Positions 38,109-47,761 are shown, numbered from the stretch's first letter. The stretch is 64,000 nucleotides of DNA from an uncultured virus (IMG/VR IMGVR_UViG_3300037467_001324) (IMGVR_UViG_3300037467_001324), one strand, 5' to 3'. Numbers and translations are program-made. The notes: generated by a model from the letters alone, not told the origin.

Positions 38109-38647
38109 GCTTGTGTCCTCAGTCGGTGAAAGGCTTCCATGACGCCAAGCGCCTGGCTGATCGCGTCGTCGAGCGCGTTGTGCTCGGTGCCGACGAGCGG
38201 GAAATCACTGGTCGGGTTCATCCCCGCCGCTTCGAGCATCGTCCGCGTGTCGCGCGGCGCCCGGTAGTGCCACGGCACCGGCAGCTTGACGGCGCGATAA
38301 GCAGTCTCGACGATGGGGCAGTCGAAATGCGGCCCGTGCGCCCACACGCGGATCGTCTCAGGATCCTCAGCGGCTTTGCGGAACCATTGGCTGAACCGCA
38401 CCAGCGCGACGCTGAGATCGAGCTGCTTCTTGTTGAAGGCCTCGCGAGCATGGAATGACTGCTTCGACCACCGGAGCCGCGTCCCCTCGTCGGAGGTGAG
38501 GCCGTAGGCCGGCGCAGCTGCGATATTGCAGTAGAACTTATCGCCGAGCGATCCTTCATAGGGGTCGAACACGACCGCGCCGATGGAGCGGACATGGCTG
38601 CCTGGCGTCAGGCCCCAGGTCTCGGTGTCGAGCATGACATGAGTCAC
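38105..38647 (-). CDS. DEDDh 3'-5' exonuclease
   Basis: MLDTET, SIGAV, WAHG..FD, HNALDDA. Confidence 0.9.
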   Translation of the reverse strand: MTHVMLDTETWGLTPGSHVRSIGAVVFDPYEGSLGDKFYCNIAAAPAYGLTSDEGTRLRWSKQSFHAREAFNKKQLDLSVALVRFSQWFRKAAEDPETIRVWAHGPHFDCPIVETAYRAVKLPVPWHYRAPRDTRTMLEAAGMNPTSDFPLVGTEHNALDDAISQALGVMEAFHRLRTQA

Positions 38648-39303
38648 AGATGCTGCGCTCCAATGACGTCAGCGAGATCGGGGAACTGCTTGACGAGGAT
38701 GGCGCGGCAGCCCTCAGCGATCTCGCGGTGCTCCTTCTGAGTTTTGCGATCACAGCGCAGATCGCAGTAGTGAATCCAGCTGCGGAGCGTTCCCGCCATG
38801 TAAAGGCGTGACGGCGTCATGCCCTCCGGCAGGACTGCGCGGGCGACCTCCTTGGCGATGCCGAGGCCAAGGGCCATGTCGTAAACTGAAACAGCGTGAC
38901 GCCATATGTCATCCTGCGCGCGCAGCCATGCTCCGTGCAGTTTCCTGTCATTCGCTTCGATGCTGTTCTGACGATCTTTCAGATCCTGTAGCCGGGCCTC
39001 CCGCAACACCGCTTCGCCATCGACTTTTGAGTATCGTTGGCTGAACTCCTGGAAGCTGAAAGAGCGATGGCGAAGAATCTGCCGCGCGATGTCGCGCGTC
39101 GTGACAATTTCCATCGTTAAGGAAACCATCTCGAGCGGCGACCATTCCTTACGCCGCACGAGCGAGCGCAACAGCTTGCCACCGGTCTCGTGATTGAGCT
39201 GGTTCGCGGTCGATGACACTCTCGCACAGAATGCGAGCAGCGCGGAGGAGTCCGGCACCTCGTCAATGACAGGTCGGGTGACGCCGATAAGGCGAACGCT
39301 CAT
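38644..39303 (-). CDS. thyX: FAD-dependent thymidylate synthase
   Basis: RHRSFSFQEFSQRY, KEVARAVLP, TQKEHR. Confidence 0.95.
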   Translation of the reverse strand: MSVRLIGVTRPVIDEVPDSSALLAFCARVSSTANQLNHETGGKLLRSLVRRKEWSPLEMVSLTMEIVTTRDIARQILRHRSFSFQEFSQRYSKVDGEAVLREARLQDLKDRQNSIEANDRKLHGAWLRAQDDIWRHAVSVYDMALGLGIAKEVARAVLPEGMTPSRLYMAGTLRSWIHYCDLRCDRKTQKEHREIAEGCRAILVKQFPDLADVIGAQHL

Positions 39304-39539
39304 GCGAACAATCCTTTGAGAGCTTGCCACGGGGAGCGCCCGTCAAATACGCGGCGGAGAACGTATTGCCGCGCGATGGAAACGACCGTGAAGATTCCGA
39401 TAATTTCGAGATTCGTGCTGAGCGGCATCGGGATGCCGAATGCCATCGCAACGAAATGCCATGTGACCGCCGAGATGACGAACCCGATCGCCGTATTCGT
39501 CAGGGCCTCCATGAGGCTGTCGGTACGCAACTGACTCAT
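39300..39539 (-). CDS. Small two-TM phage membrane protein
   Basis: SLMEALTNTAIGF…FTVVSIARQYVLRRVF. Confidence 0.7.
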   Translation of the reverse strand: MSQLRTDSLMEALTNTAIGFVISAVTWHFVAMAFGIPMPLSTNLEIIGIFTVVSIARQYVLRRVFDGRSPWQALKGLFA

Positions 39540-39964
39540 CCGATAAGCTCCATGTAATCGTCCTCACGAGGCGGCGTCGTTTCGGAGACGTTTTTCAGCA
39601 GAATTTCCTCGAGGCCGTGCGACACCGGGTCGCCTCGCTCGATCGCGTTCTGATAGGCTGCGATTACGGCTTCGACTGGCCCCTGTCCTGTGCCGCGACC
39701 GCGGAACTCCTGAATGTCGAAGCCGCCTTTGTCCTTGCCGACGCGGAAGGCGATCGCCTGATAACCGCGACCGCGCATTTTGTCGGTTACGGCTTCCTTG
39801 CTGTAGTCATCGTTGATCGGGTCGATGTCGTCGAAGAACAGCCCTTCACGGCCGCACGCCCGGTGGAACGCGACCCATCGGGGGTCACGCAGCAGCGCCT
39901 TCAATTTCTCATCCGCGCGCCAGAACATCGTGTTCTTGGAGCGGTGGCGCTGCCCCGTTTGCAT
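39536..39964 (-). CDS. Hypothetical protein
   Basis: Operonic ORF ending DDYMELIG. Confidence 0.65.
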   Translation of the reverse strand: MQTGQRHRSKNTMFWRADEKLKALLRDPRWVAFHRACGREGLFFDDIDPINDDYSKEAVTDKMRGRGYQAIAFRVGKDKGGFDIQEFRGRGTGQGPVEAVIAAYQNAIERGDPVSHGLEEILLKNVSETTPPREDDYMELIG

Positions 39965-40258
39965 TTACAGCTCGGCGCCGGGGCGGTTCAGATGTGGGGC
40001 GAGAAAGCGCGGAGGAATGGTCGGCTGCGGCGCGACCTTCCGCTCGATGTAATCGACGAGGCCGCTGATGCGACCGAGCTCGGGGCGGTCGACATCCTCG
40101 TCCGGAATCTCGATGCCGAACTGCTCCTCGAGTTCCATTGCCAACTGAACACGGTCGAGGCTGTCCAGCTCGAGATCATCGACGAGGTCGCTGTCGATAT
40201 AGGCTTCCTTGCCGGACAGGTTCTCGGCGACGGCAATAACGCGGTCGGAGACACTCAT
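39965..40258 (-). CDS. Acyl carrier protein-like
   Basis: DDLELDSLDRVQLAMELEEQFGIEIPDED with the DSL phosphopantetheine site. Confidence 0.88.
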   Translation of the reverse strand: MSVSDRVIAVAENLSGKEAYIDSDLVDDLELDSLDRVQLAMELEEQFGIEIPDEDVDRPELGRISGLVDYIERKVAPQPTIPPRFLAPHLNRPGAEL

Positions 40259-40770
40259 GCTGATTTCTCCTGATTGTCTTTGGCGGCGCGGTAGTCGCGC
40301 CACGGAACGAAGCCGTCATCGAGCCAGAAGCCCCATTCGCGAACCTTCGGGCCGGTGATGAACAGTGAGATGGTTCCTGGTTCGACGCTCCTGATCGCGT
40401 GGCGCACATCGGCGCCGCGGATGACTACGTCGCCAGGGTTGCGAACCGCTTCGCTGATGCCCCACACAGGCCGTCCACCGAGCTCGGTATAGGTTCCCGA
40501 CAGCAGGATGCTCGCGTTGGCCCACGGGTGGTCGTGCAGGTCCTCGGGGTCGGAGCGGACGAAGCGGTGGAGATAGATGTTCTCGATGCCGCTCAGCTGG
40601 TTCTTCCGCAGCAGATGCCACCGCCCCATGTAGGGATCGACGTCGCGCGACTGCTTGCCGCGCCGACCAATCACCTCGTCGGGTTCACGCTGCCGGATGA
40701 TTTCCTGCGCGTGAGCGAGCGCCCATGACAGGAGCGGCGGCGGGACGCTCTGCGGATAGACCTGGAGCAC
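40255..40770 (-). CDS. Cupin-fold protein
   Basis: YLHRF..SD…LHDHPW…L.G.Y.E…H.I…LFITGP..REWGF. Confidence 0.75.
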   Translation of the reverse strand: MLQVYPQSVPPPLLSWALAHAQEIIRQREPDEVIGRRGKQSRDVDPYMGRWHLLRKNQLSGIENIYLHRFVRSDPEDLHDHPWANASILLSGTYTELGGRPVWGISEAVRNPGDVVIRGADVRHAIRSVEPGTISLFITGPKVREWGFWLDDGFVPWRDYRAAKDNQEKSA

Positions 40771-40773
40771 GGC

Positions 40774-41154
40774 TCAAGCCTTGCGGTAAGCGGCGTCGTT
40801 GTTTTTCGAGGGGAGACCTTGTCGCCAATCGAAAACCATCCGCTCGGGTGGGAGCTTCGAGGCGACCAGTCGGATGGCCGAGTTCTGGATGGTCTCGACG
40901 CTGACCGATCCGGTGGCGAGCTTTTCCGCGTTTTCGATCATCAGCTCGGCAAAGGCAGTTTGCACCTGCGCGCTGACTCGCTTGTTGATGACCGGCGTGA
41001 ATCCGCGGACGCGAGTACGCTGGACAGCGCGGCGCAACTGCATTTCGATGCGGTGAGCTTCGCGGCATTGTCGCCTGGTGAGCGGTCCCGCGGGACGCTT
41101 GCACGCGCACGGCGGCAGTTGGTTCGTCATGGCGGTAGCGACGTTCGTTGACAT
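40774..41154 (-). CDS. Hypothetical protein, first gene of the operon
   Basis: GGGGA RBS; operator boxes upstream. Confidence 0.6.
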   Translation of the reverse strand: MSTNVATAMTNQLPPCACKRPAGPLTRRQCREAHRIEMQLRRAVQRTRVRGFTPVINKRVSAQVQTAFAELMIENAEKLATGSVSVETIQNSAIRLVASKLPPERMVFDWRQGLPSKNNDAAYRKA

Positions 41155-41249
41155 TTCCCCGACCCCTTCGGTTTCGATTCGATGGAGTCAACCGTATGTT
41201 GATTCGCTCAACCGTGCAAGAGGTGAGCCACTAAAAAAGTGACTAGCCG

Positions 41250-43490
41250 CTACTCAATCGGCATTTTGAGGAGCAGCTCGAGCACGCGCCCGTTCGAGGT
41301 GGTCACTGATGCAACAATCTGTGCTGTCCGACCCGCGACGCCTCCGGATAGCGTAGCGACGGTTTTCGTCCCGTCGATCACCTTGTTCGCTGCGGTTACG
41401 CCACTCCCATCGTCGGCGGTGAAGCTGTATCCAGCGATAGTTTCGCCCTCGTCGAGCTCATATTTCCAGTTGACGCCGCGGTAGTCGACCTCGCCGGCGC
41501 GCTTCGCCGCCCAGGCTCTCGTCGTGTTATTCATCGGGATAATCCTTGCTACGATGGTTCGAGGGGTGCGGGTGCGGTCGACCACGCGGCAGCGGCCGCA
41601 TACGGGTACGCATCGTGATTTGACGCGCGGCCGCGCTATGAATTTCTCCGGGAGAACGAACGGTCCACTAAGGACCGAGGTCGCCGAGAAATCCGAGATA
41701 CTGGCAGACATCGTCGCCTTGATGCGCACCCGCGCCGAAGCCTGAATGGCGAACGCATTGAGCGTGCCGCTGCCTGTGCCTTCGACAAGCGCCTGAGCGG
41801 CCGCACTCGAGATGAACGCGTCGAGCGTCGGCGACGCGACTGCGGTGATCGGCAAGCTGCCGGCGATTTCTCCGGTGGCCGTGAAGGCATCCAGTGTGGG
41901 CGACGCGCTGGCCGATACCCTGACGCGCGCTGTTGATTCGAGCGCGAACGGGCTGAGGATCCCGGCACCAAACCCTTCCACGGGAGCGCGCATCGCTGCG
42001 TCGGATACGAACGGGTCCAGGTCGGCATCACCGCTGAGCCTGACACGCACCTTGACGGCCGACACACTGGCGAACGCATCGAAAGTGACCTGTCCGTTCG
42101 TCTTGACGATGACCTTAGCATTGCCACTCGAGCTAAACGGATTGAGCGTGCCGCTACCGATTCCTTCGATGAGTGCCTTGGCAGCAGCTGCGCTGGTAAA
42201 TGCAGAGAGCACGGGAACTGCCGCCGCTTTGACCTTCACCGCAGCGGTAGCATTGGTCGTGAAGGTCGACAGGGCCGGAGACGCGGCAGCTTTGACCTTG
42301 ACCTGCGCCGCAGAAGCCGCCGCGAAAGCATTCAGCGTGCCGCTACCGATTCCTTCGATGAGTGCCTTGGCAGCAGCTGCGCTGGTAAATGCAGAGAGCA
42401 CGGGAGCTGCCGCCGCTTTGACCTTCACGGCTGCTGCGGCGTTGGCAGTGAAGCTCGACAGGGTCGGAGACGCTGTGGTTTTGACTTTGACTTGAGCCGA
42501 AGATGTCGAACCGAAGGCATTGAGCGTCCCGCTACCGACGCCCTCTACCAGTGCTTTCGCGGCTGCGGCGGACAGGAAGGAATCCAAGGTCGCAGATGCC
42601 GTCGCGGTAATCGGGGAGACAGTCGTCACGGTTGCCGTAGCGGACGCTGTGAAAGGATTGAGTGTCCCGCTGCCGACGCCCTTTACTTTCGCTGTGACTG
42701 CTGCGGCGGACAGGAACACATCTAGAGTCGGAGATGCGCTAGCCTTGGCGATCGGACGCAACACGAAGCTGAGTGCTGCCCAGGAAGCCGTGTTCGCAGA
42801 GCTGGATCCTCCGCAGGCACTGGCATCGAATGCAGTGCTTGCCCCGAGTCCTGTCTTTGCACCCATGCCGGACACGGCGCGCGACCCGGTCGACGAGGTG
42901 TTAATGGCCGACCTGAATACGTTCGTCGTGCTGTCATAGGGAGCAGTCGTCGGAGCAGTAAAAGCGGTGGTTGTTCCACTGGCGGTCGCGGCGCCGAACA
43001 TTCCGATAACGACAACGCCGCCAGGGCTTGCCGGAGTCGTGATGGACGGAGCATTGGCCTGACCGCCGTTAATGCCCGAGGCTGTCGTAGGCGTGACTGC
43101 GCTGAGGGGAGTTGTCGGGTCGACGCCGCGCCACGCTTCAACGGTGACGCTGACCGATGTGGAGCCTGCCGTTGCCGCTGCGGGAATGCTGACAGCCGTG
43201 TCGGGGACGGCACCCATCTTCTTGTAGAAGCCGCCGAACGATGTGATGTTCGTATCGCTCGACGTCAGAACTGTCGGGTTGATGCTCGTGTAGTCGCTAC
43301 CGGTTCCGGGAGTGACCTGCGCCAGTGTTCGTGTCGTCGTCCCCGCATGAGCGACGGCAATGAAAACATAGTCGCCTTGCTGCAACGCCGCCGCAGCGCC
43401 GCTACTGTCGAGCAGGTCAGTTAGGGAGCATGACTGCGCCGCCGCAAGGCTATGCGTGAAAGTCTTGGAACCAACGAAGCTGAGGGCCAT
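41250..43490 (-). CDS. Repetitive fibre-like virion protein with a C-terminal adaptor-like domain
   Basis: Beta-rich N-domain, about 21-aa Ala/Ser/Thr repeats, C-terminal K..GEVDYRGVNW…SGG..G domain. Confidence 0.7.
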   Translation of the reverse strand: MALSFVGSKTFTHSLAAAQSCSLTDLLDSSGAAAALQQGDYVFIAVAHAGTTTRTLAQVTPGTGSDYTSINPTVLTSSDTNITSFGGFYKKMGAVPDTAVSIPAAATAGSTSVSVTVEAWRGVDPTTPLSAVTPTTASGINGGQANAPSITTPASPGGVVVIGMFGAATASGTTTAFTAPTTAPYDSTTNVFRSAINTSSTGSRAVSGMGAKTGLGASTAFDASACGGSSSANTASWAALSFVLRPIAKASASPTLDVFLSAAAVTAKVKGVGSGTLNPFTASATATVTTVSPITATASATLDSFLSAAAAKALVEGVGSGTLNAFGSTSSAQVKVKTTASPTLSSFTANAAAAVKVKAAAAPVLSAFTSAAAAKALIEGIGSGTLNAFAAASAAQVKVKAAASPALSTFTTNATAAVKVKAAAVPVLSAFTSAAAAKALIEGIGSGTLNPFSSSGNAKVIVKTNGQVTFDAFASVSAVKVRVRLSGDADLDPFVSDAAMRAPVEGFGAGILSPFALESTARVRVSASASPTLDAFTATGEIAGSLPITAVASPTLDAFISSAAAQALVEGTGSGTLNAFAIQASARVRIKATMSASISDFSATSVLSGPFVLPEKFIARPRVKSRCVPVCGRCRVVDRTRTPRTIVARIIPMNNTTRAWAAKRAGEVDYRGVNWKYELDEGETIAGYSFTADDGSGVTAANKVIDGTKTVATLSGGVAGRTAQIVASVTTSNGRVLELLLKMPIE
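42145..42428. repeat. 95-bp near-identical direct repeat, period 189 bp
   Basis: 42145-42239 and 42334-42428 differ at one base. Confidence 0.9.
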
Positions 43491-43543
43491 TGCGTCAATC
43501 CCTCAGAGGAGGCGCGCGGGACGCGCCTCTGAGCATTGCAGGG

Positions 43544-43957
43544 CTAGCCCTGGTTTGCGGCAGGGAAATTGATGGCGAAGCTCGTCACGTCGATCTCCTG
43601 GCCGGCGTTGACGTTGGTATTGTCAACCGTCATGTCGCCGCCGCCGCCGTTCGCCGTGATCGAACCCTGAACTTTCGTGACGCCGCCACTAGTCTTGATT
43701 CGAAAATGACCGAGGATACCCTGAGCGTCCGCCGATAGATCGGAAAGGGCGGCAGTGATCGCCTTCGCCCAATTGGCAGCGTTGCTGAACGCATCGGCAG
43801 CCATCGCAACTGTCGAAATCAGCGTTCCGGAGTCGGCGGCGCCACACGTCGCCGGCTGCGCTCCCGACCGGAGGTAGAGAACAGGCGAAGCGCCGAGGTC
43901 GGTCTCGATGGCGTCGAGCATGGCGTGAGCCGTGGATTGGGCGAATTGCAAGGTCAT
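43544..43957 (-). CDS. Small fibre-subunit-like structural protein
   Basis: AMLDAI…LYLRSGAQPA…HFRIK…QGSI…GGGDM…N..AGQ.I.VTSF pattern. Confidence 0.6.
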   Translation of the reverse strand: MTLQFAQSTAHAMLDAIETDLGASPVLYLRSGAQPATCGAADSGTLISTVAMAADAFSNAANWAKAITAALSDLSADAQGILGHFRIKTSGGVTKVQGSITANGGGGDMTVDNTNVNAGQEIDVTSFAINFPAANQG

Positions 43958-44039
43958 ACAGTGTCTCCGATTCGGAGGAGAGACTCACTAAACTAGTGAG
44001 TCTTACTGCAAGCGTGCAGCAGAATCAACAAACGGTTGA

Positions 44040-44507
44040 CTATGGTTGAAATGAGTAACCGTGCTTGGTGACCAGCTCCTGCTCTGTCATCAGTTGGTTC
44101 TTGAAATTGTTGTCGAGGATTGCGGACTCCCCGTCGCCAAGCGGCACCTCGAGAACGACATGGCCGACCTCTGCTTTCCCATCGGTGGTTCTGATGCTGA
44201 CCACCCGGAGCTTGCCGACCAGGAGCATCGCCAGTTTGGACAGCGCATAATCTTCGCAGTCGCCCCTGCGGTCTGCCGGCCAAGAGACCCAAACGTCCGT
44301 CAGACCGTAATGCCCGCTGTCATATTGATAGGTGATGGCGTGATTCACATACCTGTTCACCCACGCGATCTCGTCAACGAACAACGGGTTGGCGTGAGGG
44401 AAGGCCTTACGCGCCGCCTTGTCGACCGGAATGGATGATGGGAGTGCCGGTGCCTCTGTGGAAACGGGCGTGGCAATGGCCGCTAGGAGAAGCAGCGGCC
44501 CGAGCAT
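44040..44507 (-). CDS. Secreted transglutaminase-like cysteine proteinase (BTLCP/LapG-like)
   Basis: Signal peptide; VNRYVN, GDCEDYALSK, GHVVL, ILDN (Cys-His-Asp triad). Confidence 0.88.
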   Translation of the reverse strand: MLGPLLLLAAIATPVSTEAPALPSSIPVDKAARKAFPHANPLFVDEIAWVNRYVNHAITYQYDSGHYGLTDVWVSWPADRRGDCEDYALSKLAMLLVGKLRVVSIRTTDGKAEVGHVVLEVPLGDGESAILDNNFKNQLMTEQELVTKHGYSFQP

Positions 44508-45154
44508 CAGAATTTTTTGCCGCCCGCAGCGCGACGGTTCTCGGGCTTGTGGTCATTTCTCGTGCGGTTGAACTCCCGCTTCTCCGCGATCGCCGTAGGG
44601 ACGTCACAGAAGCTCATTTCTCCGATGGCGTAAATGCGCAGCAGCGCGGCTGCCACGCGAACCTCGAGCGCCGGGCGGTCGGTGATAACCTGGTCCGGAG
44701 CGTTCTTGCGGTCGCCCTCGAGCGCCTTCGCGAGTTCCTTTACGATGGGGAACAGGCCGACATTGAACTGGAGCCGTTCAGGATCCCCGAGCAGCTCGTC
44801 CGCGGCGCCGCCGATGTCCAGGTCGCGCGAGCCAGCGATGTCGAACAACCGGATTGCGGCGTCGGCGAGCTCAACCTCGAACCCGGCCCGGTGGGTCAGC
44901 TTGTCGTCGGCGCGACCGTCAGCCGCATCATGCGCCTCGTCGATTTCCGTGACCGTGAGCATGAGCAGCTCGCCCATGTTGCGGTTCAGCCGTTCGCCCG
45001 TGGTCAGGTCGTTCCACCACCCCGCCGCGACATTGTCGGCGTGGACGGATTCGCCCATTGCGTTGAAGGTCGAGACGTGGCTCATCAGATTGAGGCGCAG
45101 CGTTGCGTCCTGCATCCCCACGGCGGTCGAATTGATATTGAATGGAGGGTTCAC
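44507..45154 (-). CDS. MazG-like nucleotide pyrophosphohydrolase
   Basis: LMLTVTEIDEA, EVELADAAIR, KREFNRTR.DH. Confidence 0.8.
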   Translation of the reverse strand: MNPPFNINSTAVGMQDATLRLNLMSHVSTFNAMGESVHADNVAAGWWNDLTTGERLNRNMGELLMLTVTEIDEAHDAADGRADDKLTHRAGFEVELADAAIRLFDIAGSRDLDIGGAADELLGDPERLQFNVGLFPIVKELAKALEGDRKNAPDQVITDRPALEVRVAAALLRIYAIGEMSFCDVPTAIAEKREFNRTRNDHKPENRRAAGGKKF

Positions 45155-45528
45155 GCGGCTAGTCTTTCCTGGTCGGGGCGGAGCCAAGTGAAGCCGCGTC
45201 CCCAAATGGTTGAGAGGCGGTCGAACTCAGGGTCGACCTTCTTGAATTTGTCCCGGAGGCGGCAGACGATGACGTCCAGTTGCTTGTCGTCGCAGTCCTC
45301 GTCGAGGATGCTGATGAAGAACGAGTAGCGCGGTACGAGTCTGCCGGAGCGGAGCACGAGCAGCTCGAGACACTGGAACTGCTGGCTGGTCATGCGAATC
45401 TTCTGTCCGCGCCAGGAGACGGCCTGAAACTCCCGGTTGATGACCAGTTCACCCTGCTCGATGACCAGTCGCCCATCGTCGATGATCGAGCCGCAGCAAT
45501 CGCAGGATCGAACACCGACTCGAGTCAC
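45151..45528 (-). CDS. OmpR/CtrA-type winged-helix protein, no receiver domain
   Basis: MTSQQFQCLELLVLRSG…LDVIVCRLRDKF…STIWGRGF; N-terminal CDCC. Confidence 0.85.
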   Translation of the reverse strand: MTRVGVRSCDCCGSIIDDGRLVIEQGELVINREFQAVSWRGQKIRMTSQQFQCLELLVLRSGRLVPRYSFFISILDEDCDDKQLDVIVCRLRDKFKKVDPEFDRLSTIWGRGFTWLRPDQERLAA

Positions 45529-45560
45529 GTCATAAGCCTCCGACTCACTAAATAGTTGAT

Positions 45561-45953
45561 TTATGGGTCCACTGACAAGACGGCAAAGTTTCTTTTTAGT
45601 GCCTGAGCAACCATGTGCGCTGTACCCGGTCCGCCCGGAAAGGCGATCACCAGTTGAGGCGCGCCCTCGAGCAGCATCCGGATATTTCTCCGGAACCCCG
45701 CCGTCGCGTCATATGGTCGCCCGCGATTCATGCGGATCTTCGCGCCGGGAAGGTCGATGTTGTCCCAATGGGCCGGATAAGCGGAAATCGGGATGCCCTT
45801 GCGTCCGGCCCACTCTGCTGCGAGGCGATCGGCGCCGCGGCAGTCGCCGTGCATGAGCTCCTCGATGGGCGTTGCGGCGTGGACGGTCTCGAGCGCCTCG
45901 AACACGCGGCGTCGGTCACTGAAATTGCGACCGCCGCAGACGGCGACACGCAT
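45561..45953 (-). CDS. SLOG-family (DUF2493/YspA-like) protein
   Basis: VCGGRNF, HGDCRGAD, AG.RRN..M, AFPGGPGT..M. Confidence 0.88.
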   Translation of the reverse strand: MRVAVCGGRNFSDRRRVFEALETVHAATPIEELMHGDCRGADRLAAEWAGRKGIPISAYPAHWDNIDLPGAKIRMNRGRPYDATAGFRRNIRMLLEGAPQLVIAFPGGPGTAHMVAQALKRNFAVLSVDP

Positions 45954-45956
45954 CGG

Positions 45957-47212
45957 TCAGCGCCCGACAAACCGAACAGACCAGAGCACGCCGCATAGCC
46001 AAAGGACTAAGGCAACCCCGAGCGAGCTGAACCCTACCTTGTCGGCGAGCGATTGGTTACCGGTTTGTTGGATCACTCCTGCAATGGTGCATCCACCAGC
46101 TGCCACCATCGCCGCGACGTATGTGGCGACGAGAATCGCAAATAATCGCATCATGCTGATTTCTCCGAGGACAGAGCTTCGTCTATCAGGTCCATTGATG
46201 CGTTTGCATAATTGCGGAGACCTGGCCGCTCGTTCTCGTCGGCGGACAATGACAGCCACCGATTGCGCTGCTGCTCCAGCGCCTCCCGCATAATCTCGCT
46301 GGCGTCGGGGTTAGGGCGCAGCGCCGCGAGAGCGTCGGCAATGTCGCGCAAGTCGTCTTTCGACAACGGTGGCAAGTCGATGTTGCGAAAGGCCCGCTCA
46401 ATAAAGCGCAGCGCCTCCGCATCGGTCACAATCGGTTTGGGTGTCGGAGGGGGTTGGGTCATGCGTCCGCTCCGTTCTTGAAACCGGGCAGGAATTGGAC
46501 GCCGACCGTTGGGCCGATTGCCGGTCGCCAAACCATGCCGCAATGCTGACAGGCGTGGGTGTGGTGCGGCTTGGTCGCGAACTCGCCCTCGTCAATATGC
46601 CGTCCGCCGCAAGAAGGGCATGTGAGCACCATCGGGATACCGAGAGTTGGGTCAGGCGGCATGTGCCGTTGCGCTGCCTTCAGTCCGGCTATACGCGATA
46701 GTGTCGCGCAGTCGCTCTGCCCCGGAGTGAAGCAGACACCGCCCTCAAGGCAGTATGCGTCGTGCGCCGCGCGCCAATCTTTGTGCGGGTCGTCGCTCAC
46801 TGTTCCTGCTCCTTGTTCGATGCGCGGAGAGCGGCTGCGATTTCGTCGCAGGCTTCAGCGTAGCCCCGCCAGTAGTTTTGGTAGTCGCGGGCGCATTCGG
46901 TCTTGCGAGCGCTTTTCGCCTTCGCCGCGAATTGCTCGGCAAGCTCCAGCAATGATGGTTTCATCGATCCTGTCTTATCCTGCGCCATCACGCGGCCTCC
47001 GCCGTCATGCGACCGCTCCAGGCGAGCGGCGCCGGCGCAGGATCCCGCGTCAGCGGCGCAGCGAGCGGCAGCGCGGTCGAGCAGAACGCGCATTCAGCGC
47101 TCATCCGCCCGATATGCCAGTGCGTGTTGCCGCAGCCTGGGCAGTGGTTCACCTCGCCCTCGACATAAGCGGCGTGATAGCCGCGGCGTCGTAGCATTTC
47201 TCCGGTGTGCAT
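45957..47212 (-). other. Five small coupled hypothetical genes (45957-46154 membrane; 46151-46462; 46459-46800 Zn-finger; 46797-46988; 46988-47212 Zn-ribbon)
   Basis: Stop/start overlaps; CPSC..CQHC and CPGC..CAFC motifs. Confidence 0.6.
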
Positions 47213-47245
47213 TTCTCCGATGTCCCCTTGTTGATTCGATGGTGC

Positions 47246-47287
47246 ACCGTAACGCCCTGCACAAATGCAGTCAACTCTTAGTTGATT
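47246..47287 (-). promoter_or_regulatory. Leftward promoter overlapped by an operator
   Basis: Minus strand TTGACT-N17-TACGGT; AGTCA-N9-TGATT at 47269-47287. Confidence 0.65.
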
Positions 47288-47329
47288 TAACTACTTTGCA
47301 GTTGAGCCGGAATCAGATTTCTCTGAGGT

Positions 47330-47731
47330 CTATTTCTCTGAGGCCTCGAGCGCCCGAAGCGCCGCGATCGCTTTGGCCTGGTCGCGTCCAATGGAACAGC
47401 CGAGCGCGGCGAAACGCTCCGCCAGCTCTCCGCGTTCGCGCCAATGACCCTCAGATGTGGGGAAATCATACAGGAGCGCGCCCGTTGCGGAGCTCCAAGC
47501 GAACGGCGCGGCGCCGGTGTACCCGCCGAAGCCGTTACGGGCGTTCACGGTGCCGCATACAGCGCCGCCGCGGCCGTGTGTGAACGGTCCGAACCTTGCG
47601 CTTTCGGGATCCCGTAGCCGTGATGTGACGGCGGCGCGCGCCTGGTTAAACTCGGTGCCGGCTGCCGGCGACTCGGTTTCAGTGCGCTGACAACCGGCAA
47701 CTAATAGAACGATAAGAGCGGCGCGTTTCAT
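47330..47731 (-). CDS. Lipoprotein
   Basis: Lipobox VAGC; LRDPESARF…VCG.VNARN.FGGY.G. Confidence 0.75.
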   Translation of the reverse strand: MKRAALIVLLVAGCQRTETESPAAGTEFNQARAAVTSRLRDPESARFGPFTHGRGGAVCGTVNARNGFGGYTGAAPFAWSSATGALLYDFPTSEGHWRERGELAERFAALGCSIGRDQAKAIAALRALEASEK

Positions 47732-47761
47732 CCGGCACGCGCGTCTAAGCGGCTTGCGCGC

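Noticed and set aside
42145..42428. Diversity-generating retroelement TR/VR pair
   Set aside because: Both copies are in frame inside one gene with a single mismatch, and no reverse transcriptase is present in the window.
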